A stretch of DNA of 64,000 nt from Auanema rhodensis (lineage: Eukaryota > Animalia > Nematoda). Location of the stretch: positions 24,304,001-24,368,000 of the forward strand of contig OZ059900.1 of the NCBI GenBank assembly GCA_964057225.1, given 5' to 3'. The notes below the pieces were generated by a model. That model was given only the letters and a program-made list of their open reading frames with translations. It was not told where the DNA came from and did no database searches. Both the position numbers and the translations under genes were made by a program. How positions within the stretch are numbered: the first letter of the stretch is position 1; every line of letters starts with the position of its first letter. Of this stretch, positions 38,401 through 50,300 are shown piece by piece.

Positions 38401-41363
38401 AATTTCCTAAATTTTCTAACCCCTGTTTTTTTGTCGTGAAAGTGGAACTAGACGTTGTACGAACAGTTTTGAGCTAGGTTTCATTGACATTGCATGAGTT
38501 TGAACACATGAAATCGTAAGTCAAAACCTTGTTTACAGCGAAATTTCCAAAAACTGGTTTTCCAGCATAATAAAATATTTCTCATGGGAAATACTGTGTT
38601 TTTGTATTTTTATAGTGTTCAGCATGTAAAATGCTTCACTTTAGTATGTAACACGCTGAAATTCGTTGCATTTGACGACTCATATGAACAAAAATCGATT
38701 TAATCAATATTAGCCATAAGGGTCGTGCCCTCAGAATATGCTTATTTCCTTAATTTTCTAACCCCTGTTTTTTTGTCGTGAAAGTGGAACTAGACGTTGT
38801 AGGAACAGTTTTGAGCTAGGTTTCATTGACATTGCATGAGTTTGAACACATGAAATCGTAAGTCAAAACCTTGTTTACAGCGAAATTTCCAAAAAGTGGG
38901 TTTCCAGCATAATAAAATATTTCTCATGGGAAATACTGTGTTTTTGTATTTTTCTAGTGTTCAGCATGTAAAATGCTTCATTTTAGTATGTAACACGCTG
39001 AAATTCGTTGCATTTGACGACTCATATGAACAAAAATCGATTTAATCAATATTAGCCATAAGGGGCGTGCCCTCAGAATATGCTAATTTCCTAAATTTTC
39101 TAACCCCTGTTTTTTTGTCGTGAAAGTGGAACTAGACGTTGTAGGAACAATTTTGAGCTAGGTTTCATTGACATTGCATGAGTTTGAACACATGAAATCG
39201 TAAGTCAAAACCTTGTTTACAGCGAAATTTCCAAAAACTGGTTTTCCAGCATAATAAAATATTTCTCATGGGAAATACTGTGTTTTTGTACTTTTCTAGT
39301 GTTCAGCATGTAAAATACTTCATTTTAGTATGTAACACGCTGAAATTCGTTGCATTTGACGACTCATATGAACAAAAATCGATTTAATCAATATTAGCCA
39401 TAAGGGGCGTGCCCTCAGAATATGCTAATTTCCTAAATTTTCTAACCCCTGTTTTTTTGTCGTGAAAGTGGAACTAGACGTTGTACGAACAATTTTGAGC
39501 TAGGTTTCATTGACATTGCATGAGTTTGAACACATGAAATCGTAAGTCATAACCTTGTTTACAGCGAAATTTCCAAAAACTGGTTTTCCAGCATAATAAA
39601 ATATTTCTTATGGGAAATACTGTGTTTTTGTATTTTTCTAGTGTTCAGCATGTAAAATACTTCATTTTAGTATGTAACACGCTGAAATTCGTTGCATTTG
39701 ACGACTCATATGAACAAAAATCGATTTAATCAATATTAGCCATAAGGGGCGTGCCCTCAGAATATGCTAATTTCCTTAATTTTCTAACCCCTGTTTTTTT
39801 GTCGTGAAAGTGTAACTAGACGTTGTACGAACAATTTTGAGCTAGGTTTCATTGACATTGCATGAGTTTGAACACATGAAATCGTAAGTCAAAACCTTGT
39901 TTACAGCGAAATTTCCAAAAACTGGTTTTCCAGCATAATAAAATATTTCTTATGGGAAATACTGTGTTTTTGTATTTTTCTAGTGTTCAGCATGTAAAAT
40001 ACTTCATTTTAGTATGTAACACGCTGAAATTCGTTGCATTTGACGACTCATATGAACAAAAATCGATTTAATCAATATTAGCCATAAGGGGCGTGCCCTC
40101 AGAATATGCTAATTTCCTAAATTTTCTAACCCCTGTTTTTTTGTCGTGAAAGTGGAACTAGACGTTGTACGAACAGTTTTGAGCTAGGTTTCATTGACAT
40201 TGCATGAGTTTGAACACATGAAATCGTAAGTCAAAACCTTGTTTACAGCGAAATTTCCAAAAACTGGTTTTCCAGCATAATAAAATATTTCTCATGGGAA
40301 AAACTGTGTTTTTGTATTTTTCTAGTGTTCAGCATGTAAAATGCTTCATTTCAGTATGTAACACGCTGAAATTCGTTGCATTTGACGACTCATATGAACA
40401 AAAATCGATTTAATCAATATTAGCCATAAGGGGCGTGCCCTCAGAATATGCTAATTTCCTTAATTTTCTAACCCCTGTTTTTTTGTCGTGAAAGTGGAAC
40501 TAGACGTTGTACGAACAATTTTGAGCTAGGTTTCATTGACATTGCATGAGTTTGAACACATGAAATCGTAAGTCAAAACCTTGTTTACATCGAAATTTCC
40601 AAAAACTGGTTTTCCAGCATAATAAACAATTTCTTATGGGAAATACTGTGTTTTTGTATTTTTCTAGTGTTCAGCATGTAAAATACTTCATTTTAGTATG
40701 TAACACGCTGAAATTCGTTGCATTTGACGACTCATATGAACAAAAATCGATTTAATCAATATTAGCCATAAGGGGCGTGCCCTCAGAATATGCTAATTTC
40801 CTAAATTTTCTAACCCCTGTTTTTTTGTCGTGAAAGTGGAACTAGACGTTGTACGAACAGTTTTGAGCTAGGTTTCATTGACATTGCATGAGTTTGAACA
40901 CATGAAATCGTAAGTCAAAACCTTGTTTACAGCGAAATTTCCAAAAACTGGTTTTCCAGCATAATAAAATATTTCTCATGGGAAATACTGTGTTTTTGTA
41001 TTTTTATAGTGTTCAGCATGTAAAATGCTTCACTTTAGTATGTAACACGCTGAAATTCGTTGCATTTGACGACTCATATGAACAAAAATCGATTTAATCA
41101 ATATTAGCCATAAGGGTCGTGCCCTCAGAATATGCTTATTTCCTTAATTTTCTAACCCCTGTTTTTTTGTCGTGAAAGTGGAACTAGACGTTGTAGGAAC
41201 AGTTTTGAGCTAGGTTTCATTGACATTGCATGAGTTTGAACACATGAAATCGTAAGTCAAAACCTTGTTTACAGCGAAATTTCCAAAAAGTGGGTTTCCA
41301 GCATAATAAAATATTTCTCATGGGAAATACTGTGTTTTTGTATTTTTCTAGTGTTCAGCATGT
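32472..41363. repeat. Higher-order repeat, 7-mer (2394 bp), 3 full copies (32814-35207, 36576-38969, 38970-41363), with a 4-monomer interruption between copies 1 and 2
   Basis: 'acatcg' at 34431, 38193 and 40587 (spacings 3762 = 11x342 and 2394 = 7x342). Co-ordered markers: gtactttt, gtcataacc, gtgtaact, tttcag/aaacaattt, cacttt/gcttatt/gtgggttt. Confidence 0.9.
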
Positions 41364-41704
41364 AAAATGCTTCATTTTAGTATGTAACACGCTGAAATTC
41401 GTTGCATTTGACGACTCATATGAACAAAAATCGATTTAATCAATATTAGCCATAAGGGGCGTGCCCTCAGAATATGCTAATTTCCTTAATTTTCTAACCC
41501 CTGTTTTTTGTCGTGAAAGTGGAACTAGACGTTGTAGGAACAATTTTGAGCTAGGTTTCATTGACATTGCATGAGTTTGAACACATGAAATCGTAAGTCA
41601 AAACCTTGTTTACAGCGAAATTTCCAAAAACTGGTTTTCCAGCATAATAAAATATTTCTCATGGGAAATACTGTGTTTTTGTACTTTTCTAGTGTTCAGC
41701 ATGT

Positions 41705-44700
41705 AAAATACTTCATTTTAGTATGTAACACGCTGAAATTCGTTGCATTTGACGACTCATATGAACAAAAATCGATTTAATCAATATTAGCCATAAGGGG
41801 CGTGCCCTCAGAATATGCTAATTTCCTAAATTTTCTAACCCCTGTTTTTTTGTCGTGAAAGTGGAACTAGACGTTGTACGAACAATTTTGAGCTAGGTTT
41901 CATTGACATTGCATGAGTTTGAACACATGAAATCGTAAGTCATAACCTTGTTTACAGCGAAATTTCCAAAAACTGGTTTTCCAGCATAATAAAATATTTC
42001 TCATGGGAAATACTGTGTTTTTGTATTTTTCTAGTGTTCAGCATGTAAAATACTTCATTTTAGTTTGTAACACGCTGAAATTCGTTGCATTTGACGACTT
42101 ATATGAACAAAAATCGATTTAATCAATATTAGCCATAAGGGGCGTGCCCTCAGAATATGCTAATTTCCTAAATTTTCTAACCCCTGTTTTTTTGTCGTGA
42201 AAGTGGAACTAGACGTTGTACGAACAATTTTGAGCTAGGTTTTATTGACATTGCATGAGTTTGAACACATGAAATCGTAAGTCAAAACCTTGTTTACAGC
42301 GAAAATTCCAAAAACTGGTTTCCAGCATAATAAAATATTTCTCATGGGAAATACTGTGTTTTTGTATTTTTCTAGTGTTCAGCATGTAAAATGCTTCATT
42401 TAAGTATGTAACACGCTGAAATTCGTTGCATTTGACTACTCATATGAACAAAAATCGATTTAATCAATATTAGCCATAAGGGGCGTGCCCTCAGAATATG
42501 CTAATTTCCTTAATTTTCTAACCCCTGTTTTTTTGTCGTGAAAGTGGAACTAGACGTTGTACGAACAATTTTGAGCTAGGTTTCATTGACATTGCATGAG
42601 TTTGAACACATGAAATCGTAAGTCAAAATCTTGTTTACAGCGAAATTTCCAAAAACTGGTTTTCCAGCATAATAAAATATTTCTTATGGGAAATACTGTG
42701 TTTTTGTATTTCTCTAGTGTTCAGCATGTAAAATACTTCATTTTAGTATGTAACACGCTGAAATTCGTTGCATTTGACGACTCATATGAACAAAAATCGA
42801 TTTAATCAATATTAGCCATAAGGGGCGTGCCCTCAGAATATGCTAATTTCCTTAATTTTCTAACCCCTGTTTTTTTGTCGTGAAAGTGGAACTAGACGTT
42901 GTACGAACAGTTTTGAGCTAGGTTTCATTGACATTGCATGAGTTTGAACACATGAAATCGTAAGTCAAAACCTTGTTTACAGCGAAATTTCCAAAAACTG
43001 GTTTTCCAGCATAATAAAATATTTCTCATGGGAAAAACTGTGTTTTTGTATTTTTCTAGTGTTCAGCATGTAAAATGCTTCATTTTAGTATGTAACACGC
43101 TGAAATTCGTTGCATTTGACGACTCATATGAACAAAAATCGATTTAATCAATATTAGCCATAAGGGGCGTGCCCTCAGAATATGCTAATTTCCTTAATTT
43201 TCTAACCCCTGTTTTTTGTCGTGAAAGTGGAACTAGACGTTGTACGAACAATTTTGAGCTAGGTTTCATTGACATTGCATGAGTTTGAACTCATGAAATC
43301 GTAAGTCAAAACCTTGTTTACAGCGAAATTTCCAAAAACTGGTTTTCCAGCATAATAAAATATTTCTCATGGGAAATACTGTGTTTTTGTACTTTTCTAG
43401 TGTTCAGCATGTAAAATACTTCATTTTAGTATGTAACACGCTGAAATTCGTTGCATTTGACGACTCATATGAACAAAAATCGATTTAATCAATATTAGCC
43501 ATAAGGGGCGTGCCCTCAGAATATGCTAATTTCCTAAATTTTCTAACCCCTGTTTTTTTGTCGTGAAAGTGGAACTAGACGTTGTACGAACAATTTTGAG
43601 CTAGGTTTCATTGACATTGCATGAGTTTGAACACATGAAATCGTAAGTCATAACCTTGTTTACAGCGAAATTTCCAAAAACTGGTTTTCCAGCATAATAA
43701 AATATTTCTCATGGGAAATACTGTGTTTTTGTATTTTTCTAGTGTTCAGCATGTAAAATACTTCATTTTAGTTTGTAACACGCTGAAATTCGTTGCATTT
43801 GACGACTTATATGAACAAAAATCGATTTAATCAATATTAGCCATAAGGGGCGTGCCCTCAGAATATGCTAATTTCCTAAATTTTCTAACCCCTGTTTTTT
43901 TGTCGTGAAAGTGGAACTAGACGTTGTACGAACAATTTTGAGCTAGGTTTTATTGACATTGCATGAGTTTGAACACATGAAATCGTAAGTCAAAACCTTG
44001 TTTACAGCGAAAATTCCAAAAACTGGTTTCCAGCATAATAAAATATTTCTCATGGGAAATACTGTGTTTTTGTATTTTTCTAGTGTTCAGCATGTAAAAT
44101 GCTTCATTTAAGTATGTAACACGCTGAAATTCGTTGCATTTGACTACTCATATGAACAAAAATCGATTTAATCAATATTAGCCATAAGGGGCGTGCCCTC
44201 AGAATATGCTAATTTCCTTAATTTTCTAACCCCTGTTTTTTTGTCGTGAAAGTGGAACTAGACGTTGTACGAACAATTTTGAGCTAGGTTTCATTGACAT
44301 TGCATGAGTTTGAACACATGAAATCGTAAGTCAAAATCTTGTTTACAGCGAAATTTCCAAAAACTGGTTTTCCAGCATAATAAAATACTTCTTATGGGAA
44401 ATACTGTGTTTTTGTATTTCTCTAGTGTTCAGCATGTAAAATACTTCATTTTAGTATGTAACACGCTGAAATTCGTTGCATTTGACGACTCATATGAACA
44501 AAAATCGATTTAATCAATATTAGCCATAAGGGGCGTGCCCTCAGAATATGCTAATTTCCTTAATTTTCTAACCCCTGTTTTTTTGTCGTGAAAGTGGAAC
44601 TAGACGTTGTACGAACAGTTTTGAGCTAGGTTTCATTGACATTGCATGAGTTTGAACACATGAAATCGTAAGTCAAAACCTTGTTTACAGCGAAATTTCC

Positions 44701-45120
44701 AAAAACTGGTTTTCCAGCATAATAAAATATTTCTCATGGGAAAAACTGTGTTTTTGTATTTTTCTAGTGTTCAGCATGTAAAATGCTTCATTTTAGTATG
44801 TAACACGCTGAAATTCGTTGCATTTGACGACTCATATGAACAAAAATCGATTTAATCAATATTAGCCATAAGGGGCGTGCCCTCAGAATATGCTAATTTC
44901 CTTAATTTTCTAACCCCTGTTTTTTGTCGTGAAAGTGGAACTAGACGTTGTACGAACAATTTTGAGCTAGGTTTCATTGACATTGCATGAGTTTGAACTC
45001 ATGAAATCGTAAGTCAAAACCTTGTTTACAGCGAAATTTCCAAAAACTGGTTTTCCAGCATAATAAAATATTTCTCATGGGAAAAACTGTGTTTTTGTAT
45101 TTTTCTAGTGTTCAGCATGT
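41705..45120. repeat. Higher-order repeat, 5-mer, 2 copies (period 1708)
   Basis: agtttgtaa/gacttat monomers at 42047 and 43755. aaaatctt/tttctcta monomers at 42388 and 44096. gaactcatg at ~43290 and ~44998. Confidence 0.88.
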
Positions 45121-47399
45121 AAAATGCTTCATTTTAGTATGTAACACGCTGAAATTTGTTGCATTTGACGACTCATATGAACAAAAATCGATTTAATCAA
45201 TATTAGCCATAAGGGGCGTGCCCTCAGAATATGCTAATTTCCTTAATTTTCTAACCCCTGTTTTTTTGTCGTGAAAGTGGAACTAGACGTTGTAGGAACA
45301 ATTTTGAGCAAGGTTTCATTGACATTGCATGAGTTTGAACACATGAAATCGTAAGTCAAAACCTCGTTTACAGCGAAATTTCCAAAAACTGGTTTTCCAG
45401 CATAATAAAATATTTCTCATGGGAAATACTGTGTTTTTGTATTTTTCTAGTGTTCAGCATGTAAAATGCTTCATTTTAGTATGTAACACGCTAAAATTCG
45501 TTGCATTTGACGACTCATATGAACAAAAATCGATTTAATCAATATTAGCCATAAGGGGCGTGCCCTCAGAATATGCTAATTTCCTTAATTTTCTAACCCC
45601 TGTTTTTTTGTCGTGAAAGTGGAACTAGACGTTGTACGAACAATTTTGAGCTAGGTTTCATTGACATTGCATGAGTTTGAACACATGAAATCGTAAGTCA
45701 AAACCTTGTTTACAGCGAAATTTCCAAAAACTGGTTTTCCAGCATAATAAAATATTTCTCATGGGAAATACTGTGTTTTTGTATTTTTATAGTGTTCAGC
45801 ATGTAAAATGCTTCATTTTAGTATGTAACACGCTGAAATTCGTTGCATTTGACGACTCATATGAACAAAAATCGATTTAATCAATATTAGCCATAAGGGG
45901 CGTGCCCTCAGAATATGCTAATTTCCTTAATTTTCTAACCCCTGTTTTTTTGTCGTGAAAGTGGAATTAGACGTTGTAGGAACAATTTTGAGCTAGGTTT
46001 CATTGACATTGCATGAGTTTGAACACATGAAATCGTAAGTCAAAACCTTGTTTACAGCGAAATTTCCAAAAACTGGTTTTCCAGCATAATAAAATATTTC
46101 TCATGGGAAATACTGTGTTTTTGTATTTTTCTAGTGTTCAGCATGTAAAATGCTTCATTTTAGTATGTAACACGCTGAAATTCGTTGCATTTGACGACTC
46201 ATATGAACAAAAATCGATTTAATCAATATTAGCCATAAGGGGCGTGCCCTCAGAATATGCTAATTTCCTTAATTTTCTAACCCCTGTTTTTTGTCGTGAA
46301 AGTGGAACTAGACGTTGTAGGAACAATTTTGAGCTAGGTTTCATTGACATTGCATGAGTTTGAACACATGAAATCGTAAGTCAAAACCTTGTTTACAGCG
46401 AACTTTCCAAAAACTGGTTTTCCAGCATAATAAAATATTTCTCATGGGAAATACTGTGTTTTTGTATTTTTCTAGTGTTCAGCGTGTAAAATGGTTCATT
46501 TTAGTATGTAACACGCTGAAATTCGTTGCATTTGACGACTCATATGAACAAAAATCGATTTAATCAATATTAGCCATAAGGGGCGTGCCCTCAGAATATG
46601 CTAATTTCCTTAATTTTCTAACCCCTGTTTTTTTGACGTGAAAGTGGAATTAGACGTTGTAGGAACAATTTTGAGCTAGGTTTCATTGACATTGCATGAG
46701 TTTGAACACATGAAATCGTAAGTCAAAACCTTGTTTACAGCGAAATTTCCAAAAACTGGTTTTCCAGCATAATAAAATATTTCTCATGGGAAATACTGTG
46801 TTTTTGTATTTTTATAGTGTTCAGCATGTAAAATGCTTCATTTTAGTATGTAACACGCTGAAATTCGTTGCATTTGACGACTCATATGAACAAAAATCGA
46901 TTTAATCAATATTAGCCATAAGGGGCGTGCCCTCAGAATATGCTAATTTCCTTAATTTTCTAACCCCTGTTTTTTTGTCGTGAAAGTGGAATTAGACGTT
47001 GTAGGAACAATTTTGAGCTAGGTTTCATTGACATTGCATGAGTTTGAACACATGAAATCGTAAGTCAAAACCTTGTTTACAGCGAAATTTCCAAAAACTG
47101 GTTTTCCAGCATAATAAAATATTTCTCATGGGAAATACTGTGTTTTTGTATTTTTCTAGTGTTCAGCATGTAAAATACTTCATTTTAGTATGTAACACGC
47201 TGAAATTCGTTGCATTTGACGACTCATATGAACAAAAATCGATTTAATCAATATTAGCCATAAGGGGCGTGCCCTCAGAATGTGCTAATTTCCTTAATTT
47301 TCTAACCCCTGTTTTTTTGTCGTGAAAGTGGAATTAGACGTTGTAGGAACAATTTTGAGCTAGGTTTCATTGACATTGCATGAGTTTGAACACATGAAA

Positions 47400-50300
47400 T
47401 CGTAAGTCAAAACCTTGTTTACAGCGAACTTTCCAAAAACTGGTTTTCCAGCAAAATAAAATATTTCTCATGGGAAATACTGTGTTTTTGTATTTTTATA
47501 GTGTTCAGCATGTAAAATGCTTCATTTTAGTATGTAACACCCTGAAATTCGTTTCATTTGACGACTCATATGAACAAAAATCGATTTAATCAATATTAGC
47601 CATAAGGGGCGTGCCCTCAGAATATGCTAATTTCCTAAATTTTCTAACCCCTGTTTTTTTGTCGTGAAAGTGGAACTAGACGTTGTACGAACAATTTTGA
47701 GCTAGGTTTCATTGACATTGCATGAGTTTGAACACATGAAATCGTAAGTCAAAACCTTGTTTACAGCGAAATTTCCAAAAACTGGTTTTCCAGCATAATA
47801 AAATATTTCTCATGGGTAAAACTGTGTTTTTGTATTTTTCTAGTGTTCAGCATGTAAAATGCTTCATTTTAGTATGTAACACGCTGAAATTCGTTGCATT
47901 TGACGACTCATATGAACCAAAATCGATTTAATCAATATTAGCCATAAGGGGCGTGCCCTCAGAATATGCTAATTTCCTAAATTTTCTAACCCCTGTTTTT
48001 TTGTCGTGAAAGTGGAACTAGACGTTGTACGAACAATTTTGAGCTAGGTTTCATTGACATTGCATGAGTTTGAACACATGAAATCGTAAGTCAAAACCTT
48101 GTTTACAGCGAAATTTCCAAAAACTGGTTTTCCAGCATAATAAAATATTTCTCATGGGAAATACTGTGTTTTTGTATTTTTCTAGTGTTCAGCATGTGAA
48201 ATACTTCATTTTAGTATGTAACACGCTGAAATTCGTTGCATTTGACGACTCATATGAACAAAAATCGATTTAATCAATATTAGCCATAAGGGGCGTGCCC
48301 TCAGAATATGCTAATTTCCTTAATTTTCTAACCCCTGTTTTTTTGTCGTGAAAGTGGAATTAGACGTTGCAGGAACAATTTTGAGCTAGGTTTCATTGAC
48401 ATTGCATGAGTTTGAACACATGAAATCGTAAGTCAAAACCTTGTTTACAGCGAAATTTCCAAAAACTGGTTTTCCAGCATAATAAAATATTTCTCATGGG
48501 AAATACTGTGTTTTTGTATTTTTATAGTGTTCAGCATGTAAAATGCTTCATTTTAGTATGTAACACGCTGAAATTCGTTGCATTTGACGACTCATATGAA
48601 CAAAAATCGATTTAATCAATATTAGCCATAAGGGGCGTGCCCTCAGAATATGCTAATTTCCTTAATTTTCTAACCCCTGTTTTTTTGTCGTGAAAGTGGA
48701 ATTAGACGTTGTAGGAACAATTTTGAGCTAGGTTTCATTGACATTGCATGAGTTTGAACACATGAAATCGTAAGTCAAAACCTTGTTTACAGCGAAATTT
48801 CCAAAAACTGGTTTTCCAGCAAAATAAAATATTTCTCATGGGAAATACTGTGTTTTTGTATTTTTATAGTGTTCAGCATGTAAAATGCTTCATTTTAGTA
48901 TGTAACACCCTGAAATTCGTTTCATTTGACGACTCATATGAACAAAAATCGATTTAATCAATATTAGCCATAAGGGGCGTGCCCTCAGAATATGCTAATT
49001 TCCTAAATTTTCTAACCCCTGTTTTTTTGTCGTGAAAGTGGAACTAGACGTTGTACGAACAATTTTGAGCTAGGTTTCATTGACATTGCATGAGTTTGAA
49101 CACATGAAATCGTAAGTCAAAACCTTGTTTACAGCGAAATTTCCAAAAACTGGTTTTCCAGCATAATAAAATATTTCTCATGGGTAAAACTGTGTTTTTG
49201 TATTTTTCTAGTGTTCAGCATGTAAAATGCTTCATTTTAGTATGTAACACGCTGAAATTCGTTGCATTTGACGACTCATATGAACCAAAATCGATTTAAT
49301 CAATATTAGCCATAAGGGGCGTGCCCTCAGAATATGCTAATTTCCTAAATTTTCTAACCCCTGTTTTTTTGTCGTGAAAGTGGAACTAGACGTTGTACGA
49401 ACAATTTTGAGCTAGGTTTCATTGACATTGCATGAGTTTGAACACATGAAATCGTAAGTCAAAACCTTGTTTACAGCGAAATTTCCAAAAACTGGTTTTC
49501 CAGCATGATAAAATATTTCTCATGGGAAATACTGTGTTTTTGTATTTTTCTAGTGTTCAGCATGTGAAATACTTCATTTTAGTATGTAACACGCTGAAAT
49601 TCGTTGCATTTGACGACTCATATGAACAAAAATCGATTTAATCAATATTAGCCATAAGGGGCGTGCCCTCAGAATATGCTAATTTCCTTAATTTTCTAAC
49701 CCCTGTTTTTTTGTCGTGAAAGTGGAATTAGACGTTGCAGGAACAATTTTGAGCTAGGTTTCATTGACATTGCATGAGTTTGAACACATGAAATCGTAAG
49801 TCAAAACCTTGTTTACAGCGAAATTTCCAAAAACTGGTTTTCCAGCATAATAAAATATTTCTCATGGGAAATACTGTGTTTTTGTATTTTTATAGTGTTC
49901 AGCATGTAAAATGCTTCATTTTAGTATGTAACACGCTGAAATTCGTTGCATTTGACGACTCATATGAACAAAAATCGATTTAATCAATATTAGCCATAAG
50001 GGGCGTGCCCTCAGAATATGCTAATTTCCTTAATTTTCTAACCCCTGTTTTTTGTCGTGAAAGTGGAACTAGACGTTGTAGGAACAATTTTGAGCTAGGT
50101 TTCATTGACATTGCATGAGTTTGAACACATGAAATCGTAAGTCAAAACCTTGTTTACAGCGAAATTTCCAAAAACTGGTTTTCCAGCATAATAAAATATT
50201 TCTCATGGGAAATACTGTGTTTTTGTATTTTTCTAGTGTTCAGCATGTAAAACACTTCATTTTAGTATGTAACACGCTGAAATTCAATGCATTTGACGAA

